From a virus (Duplodnaviria > Caudoviricetes): DNA of 37,887 bases. Under the pieces are notes generated by a model. The model had not been told where the DNA came from. It worked only from the letters and a program-made list of their open reading frames with translations, and ran no database searches. A program made the position numbers and the translations under genes. The stretch spans positions 1-37,887 of the IMG/VR virus record IMGVR_UViG_3300017756_000040; one strand, written 5' to 3'. The first letter of the stretch is position 1. Each line of letters begins with the position of its first letter. Below, in pieces: positions 9,444 through 17,129 of the stretch.

Positions 9444-10448
9444 TTATTTGTTACCTGATAACCTTTTAACTAATTCATTAAGTTCTGATAAAGACATTTC
9501 GTCTAAAACTTTTGTATTTAGTTCAGGACTTACTGAAATTAAAGTATCTGATTGGTTACTTCTTCTAGTCGGGTACCGTATGGAATCTATACCTTTATCT
9601 TTTAATAATTCACCCGCTTTTTCAGTAAAACCTGTAGGTGCTCCTGCAAATATCGGTGCACGAGTTTGACCTAATTGAAAAGCAGCTTCGTTAAAATTAC
9701 CGTCTTTAGTAAGTTGTTTTTCCATTTGTCTAAATAATTTATCTGTCTTTTTATCTAAATTACCCGCTACTACAGTATTTTTAAAATCAGGTTTAACGAC
9801 ATACGCTGAACCTGCTCCTTCGGAGGGGCGAAAAACATAATCTTTTAATCTAGGGTCTAAAAATTCATCTGTAAAATAAAGTCCTCCTGGAGAACTACCT
9901 TTCGGGTTTAGAAGTAATTGTTCTATACCTTTTGTCGTACTACCGTGAAATATATTACGGGGGTCTTTTATTAAACTTTCTAAACCTAATAATCTAGGGT
10001 TAGCGATATTCGAAGCAGTAAATTCTGTAGGTACTTTCTTTCCTGTTTCTTTAAATATTTGGTCAGCTACTTCTTTTATTTCTTTATTAGCTTTAGTAAA
10101 TTTTGCTCTTTCTTTTAATTCACCTGTTACAGCAGCTCGTCCATCTACTCTTACATTATCAGCTTCTCTTTTTATTCCAAAAAAAGCATCATCGCGTTTT
10201 TTATACGCTTTCATTAATTTTTTTACTAATATGGGTGAAACGTCTGAAAAGAAACTAGCTGCTTTAGCACCACCGAACACGGACAACGGGTCGTCAATAT
10301 CTGGTGTAGTAAAATCTAGTGCGTTTAAAACTTTCTTTTTTACAGGGTCATTAGTTCTCATACCTAACGCTTTAAATATACCTACCTTTTCTTTATCTAA
10401 TAGAAATTGGGGTAAAAAACTCGGTGCTTTAAATTCTGGTTCAGCCAT
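9444..10448 (-). CDS. protein with a C-terminal ADP-ribosyltransferase-like (ART-PolyVal-type) domain
   Basis: IFHGS..GGLYFT..Y..AYVV..LKDKGIDSIRY pattern matches the HG(T/S), G.YF and G.D.I elements of polyvalent-protein ARTs. Confidence 0.5.
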   Translation of the reverse strand: MAEPEFKAPSFLPQFLLDKEKVGIFKALGMRTNDPVKKKVLNALDFTTPDIDDPLSVFGGAKAASFFSDVSPILVKKLMKAYKKRDDAFFGIKREADNVRVDGRAAVTGELKERAKFTKANKEIKEVADQIFKETGKKVPTEFTASNIANPRLLGLESLIKDPRNIFHGSTTKGIEQLLLNPKGSSPGGLYFTDEFLDPRLKDYVFRPSEGAGSAYVVKPDFKNTVVAGNLDKKTDKLFRQMEKQLTKDGNFNEAAFQLGQTRAPIFAGAPTGFTEKAGELLKDKGIDSIRYPTRRSNQSDTLISVSPELNTKVLDEMSLSELNELVKRLSGNK

Positions 10449-10495
10449 AAGTAAAGTACTTTAACACTTAGGTGGTGTTAATGTCGCGATTTATA

Positions 10496-10984
10496 TTAAT
10501 CTATTTTGTCGTGTTTGGCTATTAGATTACGGCACCACCAAAGTAAGAGGTCCTCGGTCAGTGTGTGTTTCATAATATTTACGCGGTACGTGACCAGTTG
10601 TACGTTGGTCCGTGTGTATACAGGTTTTGACGAATCAATCCTATCAATGGACGCGTTAAATTCTTTACTGCCATTTCCGTCTTTTCCGTAAGTCATAAAT
10701 ACACCACTGAGAGCACACCGCCCACCTTGTTCATCCCATAAATCATGTAAGTCTTCGGAAGTTATTGACCATTCCATATCTTTAGAACGTTTACTTTTAG
10801 ATTGAGTATGTACTTTAGTTAAATAAGTATAGGGAGTACTACTTATAAATTTATTTTTACGTAACAAATCGCAATCTTTACATACGTTACGAAATCCAGG
10901 TTGACCGTTCTTTAACTTAAAATTTTGAGAATACTTATTAGTATTCCTAGCTTTACCACATGATATACAAGTTTTAGTCCCCAT
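10496..10984 (-). CDS. HNH-type endonuclease with N-terminal zinc finger
   Basis: CISC...CKDC; QGGRCALSG..ASIDRIDSSK..YTRTNVQLV..VNIMK. Confidence 0.75.
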   Translation of the reverse strand: MGTKTCISCGKARNTNKYSQNFKLKNGQPGFRNVCKDCDLLRKNKFISSTPYTYLTKVHTQSKSKRSKDMEWSITSEDLHDLWDEQGGRCALSGVFMTYGKDGNGSKEFNASIDRIDSSKPVYTRTNVQLVTYRVNIMKHTLTEDLLLWWCRNLIAKHDKID

Positions 10985-11264
10985 TCCTTTTTTCTCTAGC
11001 TTTACGGTTATTCCTATCTCTAGTACTTTCGTTTTCTTCTATAAACCAATCATTAACTATTTGTTCTTTTAATTCTTGGTTACTTTTACTAGTTTCGTTT
11101 TTAACAATTTTTATATGGGAAGGATTTATAACTAATGTTGCATAGTTATGATATTTCTCATCTGTAAGGGTAAATTTATAATCAGGTCCAAAGTAACGAT
11201 ATTTATTATTAATAACTTCTAAATATTGATTACTCGGTTCCTCCGTCTTTTTGCTTTTCCTCAT
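10974..11264 (-). CDS. hypothetical protein (96 aa)
   Basis: GGAG SD; overlaps both neighbours. Confidence 0.55.
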   Translation of the reverse strand: MRKSKKTEEPSNQYLEVINNKYRYFGPDYKFTLTDEKYHNYATLVINPSHIKIVKNETSKSNQELKEQIVNDWFIEENESTRDRNNRKAREKRNGD

Positions 11265-11601
11265 CTAAACTCCTGTAATATTTTATTATACTTAAAATAT
11301 TTTCAATGTATCTGGTAATGTCCGCGACGTTAGACGACAAGTTCTCATACTGCTGAGTCGTTAAAGAATAATACGGTATAGCAGGAGCGTCTCCTTTTTT
11401 AAACATCTCTAAATATTCTTCCATAAGTTCTGGTGTCATAACTCTCCAATTAACAGGTAGTATTTCTATTTCAGCGGGTAACGGAGGATGATACAACGGT
11501 GCAGGTTTAGCAATAGTTTTTACTTCTACTGGTGTCTTCGGAAGCAGTGTACAGCCTCCGAAGACGAACAAACTAGTCAGGGAGATTATAAGTATTTTCA
11601 T
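11230..11601 (-). CDS. outer-membrane lipoprotein, o-spanin (Rz1-like)
   Basis: Signal peptide with lipobox FGGC, Pro-rich segment after the Cys; overlaps the 3' end of the i-spanin. Confidence 0.7.
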   Translation of the reverse strand: MKILIISLTSLFVFGGCTLLPKTPVEVKTIAKPAPLYHPPLPAEIEILPVNWRVMTPELMEEYLEMFKKGDAPAIPYYSLTTQQYENLSSNVADITRYIENILSIIKYYRSLDEEKQKDGGTE

Positions 11602-11977
11602 ACTTGGGAGAGGAGAGATTGACTAGTTTGTCCATAGCCGCTTGAGTTCCTTTATTAATTATGTTTTCTATTAGCTTTGGTTTATTTAAAGCTAAGTTAT
11701 CTAAATCATGTTCACTAAAAATCTTACGTAAACGTTTTACTTCTTTTCCTGCTTCTGCTTTTTCTCGTTCCAACATATTTATTTTAGTTTGCGTAATTTT
11801 TTGATTTTCTATATATCTATCTATGGAGTCGTTTTGTTCCTCTATTTTAGATTCTAATACTATTTGATTACCTAAGGCAATAGCAAGTTGTTCATGTAAA
11901 TATTTTATATACCCTGCTGAACCCGCCACACTAGCCACCAATAGGACTCCTAAAATTAAGCTCATCTTTAAACCCAT
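11573..11977 (-). CDS. inner-membrane i-spanin (Rz-like)
   Basis: Single N-terminal TM helix, then a coiled coil ending KPKLIENIIN; paired with an overlapping lipoprotein gene. Confidence 0.7.
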   Translation of the reverse strand: MGLKMSLILGVLLVASVAGSAGYIKYLHEQLAIALGNQIVLESKIEEQNDSIDRYIENQKITQTKINMLEREKAEAGKEVKRLRKIFSEHDLDNLALNKPKLIENIINKGTQAAMDKLVNLSSPKYENTYNLPD

Positions 11978-12170
11978 GCCGAAAGTATAATCTGCAAAAT
12001 TTTTTTCGCAAAATTTTTTTTCATAGGGACTTATTTGTAAACTACTTCCGATTAAGGGTGCGACACTAAGGGGGGCGAAGGGTCAGGGGGTACTTTTTGT
12101 CAAGGGGGGGTATAGACTTTATAGTTATATAAATAGCTATATATATAATTAATAGATATATATGTTTTAG

Positions 12171-12259
12171 TGGTTAATATTTAACCAGTGATAACTGGGC
12201 AAGTGTTAGTGTAGGTGGTTAATAATTAACCAATGGTGTAAGTGGTTAATAATTAACCA
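12171..12259. repeat. three copies of the 17-bp palindrome TGGTTAA-TAW-TTAACCA
   Basis: Copies at 12171-12187, 12216-12232 and 12243-12259. Confidence 0.9.
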
Positions 12260-12314
12260 ATAGAGTTAGAATAAAATGGATCACCTTAAACAGTTAGATA
12301 TATTTAAGAAATAT

Positions 12315-12346
12315 AAAAAAAGGGCTAGTGTTCCAATACTAGCCCT
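12315..12346 (-). terminator. rho-independent terminator
   Basis: AGGGCTAGT/ACTAGCCCT 9-bp stem followed by a T tract on the - strand, just after the gene ending at 12364. Confidence 0.85.
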
Positions 12347-12363
12347 CTTAGGTTAAAGGTTAA

Positions 12364-12831
12364 TTAATTAGCTATTTTAAGGGCGTTACAAACTCCCGCT
12401 TTAGTACGAGGTTTATTTACTTGATGACCAAATAGTTCCGCATAAGCTACACATATAGTAGATATATCTTGAGAATACTCTACATTAGGTTGTCGCCTAT
12501 CTTCACCAACACGCCATGATAAGCCTAACTCTATTCCTTCTTTAGAATTACCTAAATCAGTAAGTTCTTTAATAGATACCGAAGCACTATTATTTTTCTT
12601 ACATAGGTAAGCAATCATTTTAATTAGCTTTTTAGGTTGCCCCTTTAATATAGCCGCTTTTTCTAAAGCGTCTTTATCTAAAGCTATTTTAGTATCTAGT
12701 GAATAGCTACCAGCACCACCACTAGCACCGCCTGTAGGCATAGCTAATATTTTATCTAAATCACTACTAGTAGTAGCACCCTTGTTAGCAACATTAGAAG
12801 GCGTTGCAATACCTGTTTTTTGTTTTTCCAT
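12364..12831 (-). CDS. putative winged-helix DNA-binding protein, paralog 1
   Basis: Probable start MEKQK at 12831 (TATCAT box 6 nt upstream; the track uses 12846); SVSIKEL...SQDISTICVAYA resembles the paralogs at 13130 and 21680; has its own terminator. Confidence 0.55.
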   Translation of the reverse strand: MEKQKTGIATPSNVANKGATTSSDLDKILAMPTGGASGGAGSYSLDTKIALDKDALEKAAILKGQPKKLIKMIAYLCKKNNSASVSIKELTDLGNSKEGIELGLSWRVGEDRRQPNVEYSQDISTICVAYAELFGHQVNKPRTKAGVCNALKIAN

Positions 12832-12931
12832 ATGTAAATGATACATGAATAAGCTATATAAGCAAGTAAAATATATAAGCTAACTAACTAGCTAACTAGT
12901 TATATATTTTCCTAAAAAATCTATGGTTTTT

Positions 12932-13086
12932 CCGTCTTCGTCCGTCCGTCTGTCCGCGTCTAATCCCCCTGGATTCTATAGATTCGGGATTCTATAGAGT
13001 GGTAGTGTGAGTGTAGAGTAAGTAGTAGTGTAGAGTAGAGCGACGGATAGAGTAGAGCGATAGATAGAGTAGACTAGAGTAGAGCA
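12932..13086. repeat. low-complexity tandem repeats: TCCG/GTC units, two GGATTCTATAGA units and a degenerate TAGAG array
   Basis: Visible directly: tccgtc units at 12932-12960; GGATTCTATAGA at 12971 and 12987; TAGAG units through about 13085. Confidence 0.8.
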
Positions 13087-13087
13087 C

Positions 13088-13115
13088 AAAAAAGGGCAGC
13101 CGAAGCCACCCTTTT
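13088..13115 (-). terminator. rho-independent terminator
   Basis: - strand GGGTGGC-TTCG-GCTGCCC-TTTTTT; cUUCGg loop; the G-U pairs fix the strand. Confidence 0.88.
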
Positions 13116-13129
13116 AAGACAAGTTAAGA

Positions 13130-13426
13130 TTAACCGAGTTTAATAAGATTCTCCTCAATCATTCTAGCCCTGTAATGAGTCCAAATAGCTATCGGAGTTT
13201 GAACCGTTTGTAGTCCAGCTTTTTCTAACTCAGACTCTTTACTACCGTCGAATCCAACTAACTCACCTACAGTCAAACTGTAGTCCTTAGCATTTAATAA
13301 CGCTTCGACAATCTTTCCAGCTTGGGGTGGAAATTTTCCCTCAGGAGTAGCTATCAAAGTTACTCTTTCGTTATAGTTAATCGAACCCTTTTGGGCACCT
13401 GCTTTAAAGTTTGGATTTATTTTCAT
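13130..13426 (-). CDS. putative winged-helix DNA-binding protein, paralog 2
   Basis: PPQAGKIVEAL..SLTVGELV..LQTVQTPIAIWTHYRARMIEE; has its own promoter and terminator. Confidence 0.65.
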   Translation of the reverse strand: MKINPNFKAGAQKGSINYNERVTLIATPEGKFPPQAGKIVEALLNAKDYSLTVGELVGFDGSKESELEKAGLQTVQTPIAIWTHYRARMIEENLIKLG

Positions 13427-13482
13427 AATTTTCCTTTTCGTTTTAGTTAATGATAGTAAAACCGCTTTACTATCTAAGTACT

Positions 13483-13514
13483 ACTATACGTTGGAGTGCA
13501 AAGAAAGTAAAGCA
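13483..13514 (-). promoter_or_regulatory. sigma70-type early promoter (GCTTTACTTT class)
   Basis: TTTACT-N17-TATAGT. Confidence 0.8.
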
Positions 13515-13571
13515 CTAAATAGATTGCTAGAAAAACCCTTGTAAAATCGTGGATTCTATAGATTCGCGGGT

Positions 13572-14090
13572 CTACGATTCATTTTCGATGATTCGACCGC
13601 CTGTACGTTTCTCTATTAATTGTTCGAGTCGAGTGAGTATATCATCTTTGGACATCAAATCAATCTTCGCGGTCAGTACCTCGCGTCTATCGATGTAGAG
13701 TCCACCCGCTTTCCCTCGATGTACCTCTGCGGTGATGGCAGCGGATATCTGTCCTTGGTCCTTGGCTTCTTCCCTGAGGTCGTATAGAGTGCCGAGATGA
13801 TTCTCTAAGGAAATCTGGTCGCGTTCCGCAGCTGCTATTTCCAAGTCAATGAGATAATTCTTTACGAGTGGGTTATGATTAAGTAATACACTGCCTTGAG
13901 TCTTAGCCCCTTTCCTATCCTTTGTATATCCTGCTTTTATCGCGGCTTCCGTTGCTGTTTGCCCTTTTAAATATTCTCTACAAAATTTCTTTTGTTTAGC
14001 ATTTAATGGTTGCCAAATCTTACCCTTATCGTCTACGAATCCTTTACCGTCTTCTGTAGGTTGTAACGGTGTATAAGTCAGCTGTTTCAT
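13572..14090 (-). CDS. terS: terminase small subunit
   Basis: LNAKQKKFCREYLKGQTATEAAIKAGY..A..QGSVLL..PLVKNYL, the classic TerS HTH; GAGG SD. Confidence 0.85.
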   Translation of the reverse strand: MKQLTYTPLQPTEDGKGFVDDKGKIWQPLNAKQKKFCREYLKGQTATEAAIKAGYTKDRKGAKTQGSVLLNHNPLVKNYLIDLEIAAAERDQISLENHLGTLYDLREEAKDQGQISAAITAEVHRGKAGGLYIDRREVLTAKIDLMSKDDILTRLEQLIEKRTGGRIIENES

Positions 14091-14114
14091 ATAGTACCTC
14101 GCTCCAGTAGTGTT

Positions 14115-14345
14115 ATTATTCTATTAGATTTTATTATCAAATAAAAACAAATTCTCATGCCCTCTGGTAAATCTTACCATAGTTTCTAATAACTAATAGA
14201 AAATCTATTAGTTTTGCTAAATCAAAGAATCCAATAAAATACTGTACTCTAGCTCGATTCTATTAGAATATTAGATATATTAGTAGTTTTTAACATTTCT
14301 TCGAGTAAAAAATTTTATTTTTAAAAACACTAATACGATAAATAT
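14115..14345. other. AT-rich non-coding element with CTATTAG/CTAATAG motifs (origin-like copy A)
   Basis: Several CTATTAG/CTAATAG motifs; 14259-14290 matches the reverse complement of 35887-35918 at 28/32 positions. Confidence 0.55.
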
Positions 14346-14398
14346 AATACCCCCGAACCACGGACAGCGGAACGAGGGTATTTAGTAGAGTACAGCGA

Positions 14399-15145
14399 CT
14401 AATCTAGATACGAACCGTCGCGATAGACGAAGGTACTAACAAGGTCGGATAAATCGACTCTTTCCACTAATCGACCTATCGCATACTCCAATTCTCTAAA
14501 ATCTAAGTACTCAACATCGATATTAGTTATCGTATTGTTATGCCTATCTGTTTCTACGTATTCGGTTTCCGTCACACCTTCATGCTCGAGTGTATCGAAT
14601 TTAAAACTACGTATGTCTCCACGAGTGTCTTGGTCCCATACTGATATAACTAAATGTATCACACCGTCTTTGTTAGCTAAAAAATCGTTATAGCTATCTA
14701 CAAACCAATCGATATCATTTAGTTTTTCGGTCTTTATATATTCTTCGAACATAACTTTTAACCGTCCGTCAGAAAACTTAGTAAATGTCTCGCTCAACAT
14801 ACTAATCATAACGCTACCTATAGTTTCTGACTCCAAAAAATCGATAAGACAAAATGTATCTTTATCTAACTTATCGAACTCTTTCTCGTAAGCCGTACTT
14901 CCGTACAATCCTTCGAAATCGAAATATAGGTCGGGTTTAATTAAAAGCTGTCCCTCTCGGGTGTGCTCTGTCGTTGCGTAAGACCAATTCTCTTCTATGC
15001 GTACAGCGTCTCTGTCCCAGACGTTCACTCTCATCATATTCATATGAATGAACTCTGGTTTTCCTACCAACTCTAGAAGTTTTTGGTATCTTTCAACGTA
15101 GTGTTTTAAGACTTTCTCTAGTCTAACTTTTTTTGTTTCGTTCAC
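14399..15145 (-). CDS. hypothetical acidic protein (248 aa)
   Basis: GTG start with GGAG SD; long open frame downstream of a promoter. Confidence 0.7.
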   Translation of the reverse strand: MNETKKVRLEKVLKHYVERYQKLLELVGKPEFIHMNMMRVNVWDRDAVRIEENWSYATTEHTREGQLLIKPDLYFDFEGLYGSTAYEKEFDKLDKDTFCLIDFLESETIGSVMISMLSETFTKFSDGRLKVMFEEYIKTEKLNDIDWFVDSYNDFLANKDGVIHLVISVWDQDTRGDIRSFKFDTLEHEGVTETEYVETDRHNNTITNIDVEYLDFRELEYAIGRLVERVDLSDLVSTFVYRDGSYLD

Positions 15146-15201
15146 GATAATTCTCCATTTTTCGTTTACGGGTCTAAGTTAATTCCTAAACCTTACCTAT
15201 T

Positions 15202-15233
15202 ATTATAAAGGGCGAAAACGCGAAAGTATCGCA
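15202..15233 (-). promoter_or_regulatory. early promoter, variant -35
   Basis: GATACT-N17-TATAAT in a GCGATACTTT context. Confidence 0.65.
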
Positions 15234-15263
15234 GGGTACGAAAACGCAAGGCGATAAAAGAAT

Positions 15264-15300
15264 AAAAAGAAACCCCGACTGGGGGGATAGTCGGGGCTTC
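15264..15300 (-). terminator. rho-independent terminator
   Basis: CCCCGACT/AGTCGGGG stem followed by TTTCTTTTT on the - strand. Confidence 0.8.
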
Positions 15301-15418
15301 GAATGTTGGTACTGGTCTTAGGTGCTCTATTTATTATCTTGGCTTCTTAGCCTGTAGAGTCAAATGCTCTCGTTTTTGTAGAGTATGCCTAAAATGCAGT
15401 TCCTGTTTTTAATCTGTA

Positions 15419-15586
15419 CTAGCCGTTATTATTAACGTCAAACCATGCTTTCGCTGCTGCTCTGATAGCATTCGTTCTGCCTATCTTAGCTCCTGTTTGC
15501 TGTGCTAACATCTCTGCAATATAGTCTATATCCTCAGCTAAATCTTCGGGTAGTGCTACATTTTTTCGGTTCTCTTGATTATTCAT
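15419..15586 (-). CDS. ribbon-helix-helix-like DNA-binding protein (55 aa)
   Basis: Start reassigned to ATG 15586 (AAGGAGG SD); RKNVALPEDLAEDID...GRTNAIRAA fits the RHH pattern. Confidence 0.6.
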   Translation of the reverse strand: MNNQENRKNVALPEDLAEDIDYIAEMLAQQTGAKIGRTNAIRAAAKAWFDVNNNG

Positions 15587-15881
15587 TGCTTCCTCCTTTC
15601 TTATGTCTGAATAAAAAACATTGGTGTTCGACTTCGTAAATAAAGTGTGCCACGTATATCCAATCGTCGTCTTCCATCGTATAAATATACATTCCGACTG
15701 GTCCGTGAGCTCCATTAACATCACCTGCATACTGTCCTTTTATTTCGGACTTCGCAGAGTCTATCGTTTTACTCACGACTACCGCTATATCGCTTGGGTC
15801 GGACATCGCCTCTTCTACTAGCTCGTCGTAAGTGTTCTCCCATGAGAACACTCCCGCTTCATCAAATCTAATAGTCGCCAT
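15579..15881 (-). CDS. hypothetical protein (100 aa)
   Basis: Start MATIRF at 15881 with GAGG SD and TAATG coupling. Confidence 0.6.
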   Translation of the reverse strand: MATIRFDEAGVFSWENTYDELVEEAMSDPSDIAVVVSKTIDSAKSEIKGQYAGDVNGAHGPVGMYIYTMEDDDWIYVAHFIYEVEHQCFLFRHKKGGSNE

Positions 15882-16117
15882 TAGCCCACCTCGATTGTAT
15901 CTAAAGTAAATCCACAAGGTAAAGTCTCCCTTATGTGGTCTATCAATGACTGCCAACAAGTCACCTCGTCGTCAGATATATGGAAGAAATCTTCCATTCC
16001 GTCTCCTATCTCGTCTTGATATCCGATACTCACTGTTTCATTTCTATCGAACGTTCCAACACATTCGACCCCGTCTATAACCTTATAATTGGTTAAGTCT
16101 ATTTTTGTTTCTGTCAT
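15881..16117 (-). CDS. hypothetical acidic protein (78 aa)
   Basis: AAGGAG SD; first gene after a promoter. Confidence 0.65.
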   Translation of the reverse strand: MTETKIDLTNYKVIDGVECVGTFDRNETVSIGYQDEIGDGMEDFFHISDDEVTCWQSLIDHIRETLPCGFTLDTIEVG

Positions 16118-16150
16118 AATAATTCTCCTTATATTTATTATTATTACTAA

Positions 16151-16182
16151 AGTATAAGTACGAACAAAGCGAAAGTAAAGCA
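16151..16182 (-). promoter_or_regulatory. early promoter
   Basis: TTTACT-N17-TATACT. Confidence 0.82.
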
Positions 16183-16208
16183 GTAGTAGATACCGCGAAC
16201 TTACGATA

Positions 16209-16652
16209 CTACGATTTTACACGCGATTTTCGTAGTTTCTTAGCTTCTATTCTTTTAGCGTCTTCTATACCTTTCCTTATCGAGGTTTTCAATGCGTATA
16301 TATCTTCTTGAGGTAGACCGTCATTTAAATCATAGACTACAAATGGATTATTTGGTTCTGTAACTCCTAGAGTACATTGACCATATTCTTTCGGGTCTAT
16401 ATAATGTACTTTACCTCCATCCTCTCGAGTAATATCCGTTTTAGAAACTTGTTTGTTAATTAATGCATTTCTATAAAGATGTTCTTCTTGCCTACATTCT
16501 GCTGAACAATATTTTCTTTTTCGTCCACCATAACTATCACCGCACCACTCACATTCGTGCGGTAATCGAATATTTTCGGGTCTTTTATCTTCTAATCTAA
16601 GGTAATCGAGTATAAAGTTCATGATAGTTTGTTTTTGGTGAGGCGAGTGCAA
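16209..16652 (-). CDS. hypothetical protein with a C4 zinc ribbon
   Basis: ECEWCG..RKYCSAECR; start uncertain (16652 or 16622). Confidence 0.6.
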   Translation of the reverse strand: MHSPHQKQTIMNFILDYLRLEDKRPENIRLPHECEWCGDSYGGRKRKYCSAECRQEEHLYRNALINKQVSKTDITREDGGKVHYIDPKEYGQCTLGVTEPNNPFVVYDLNDGLPQEDIYALKTSIRKGIEDAKRIEAKKLRKSRVKS

Positions 16653-16716
16653 TTTGGGAGAATTATCGCTTTTTTAAAGGATATGCACCCGCCTCGTAAA
16701 TCTAAGTACTTAAGTC

Positions 16717-16860
16717 TAATGAACCCTCCTTAAGTAATTGTATTTGTCTTTTTCTCCTATCATCTTCGTTAGTAATAATATGTATTTGTATTAACGCTCC
16801 CGTTCTATCGTAGCCATACTCGATATCTTTTTCGTATTTATATTTCACTGGTACACTCAT
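16717..16860 (-). CDS. small hypothetical protein (47 aa, below cut-off)
   Basis: Read manually: MSVPVKYKYEKDIEYGYDRTGALIQIHIITNEDDRRKRQIQLLKRVH*; overlaps the upstream ORF. Confidence 0.4.
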
Positions 16861-16978
16861 TGTTCAATAGTTTATCAGTATTTCTAGCTATGATAGCGGA
16901 ACACAGACCGCAAAGAAATAGTCCGTCTTCTTTTACTATCGCGGGTTTCCCGCATTCGTCACATCGCATATTAGCCAT
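16838..16978 (-). CDS. small zinc-finger protein (46 aa, below cut-off)
   Basis: AAGGAGG SD; MANMRCDECGKPAIVKEDGLFLCGLCSA... Confidence 0.6.
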   Translation of the reverse strand: MANMRCDECGKPAIVKEDGLFLCGLCSAIIARNTDKLLNNECTSEI

Positions 16979-17129
16979 TTGGTCTCCTCCTTTTTATTCC
17001 AAAACACGTTCGGCAATACGAACCTTCGCGTACTTGCCATAAACCGTCATCTTCTGAAACTTGTTTCTTACACCTATCACAAAGATACTTAATATCTTGT
17101 ACTCCTTTTTCCCAAATTATAAGTTCCAT
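16971..17129 (-). CDS. small zinc-finger protein
   Basis: CDRC...YCRTC; likely start MELIIW at 17129, coupled to the upstream stop. Confidence 0.55.
   Translation of the reverse strand: MELIIWEKGVQDIKYLCDRCKKQVSEDDGLWQVREGSYCRTCFGIKRRRPNG

Noticed and set aside
12171-12259. Palindromic repeats read as a mini-CRISPR array
   Set aside because: Repeats are only 17 bp, spacers are 28 and 10 bp, and no cas genes are present.
13452-13474. GCTTTACT on the + strand as an antisense promoter
   Set aside because: No TAnnnT box 17 nt downstream; it is one arm of a GATAGTAAA/TTTACTATC leader hairpin.
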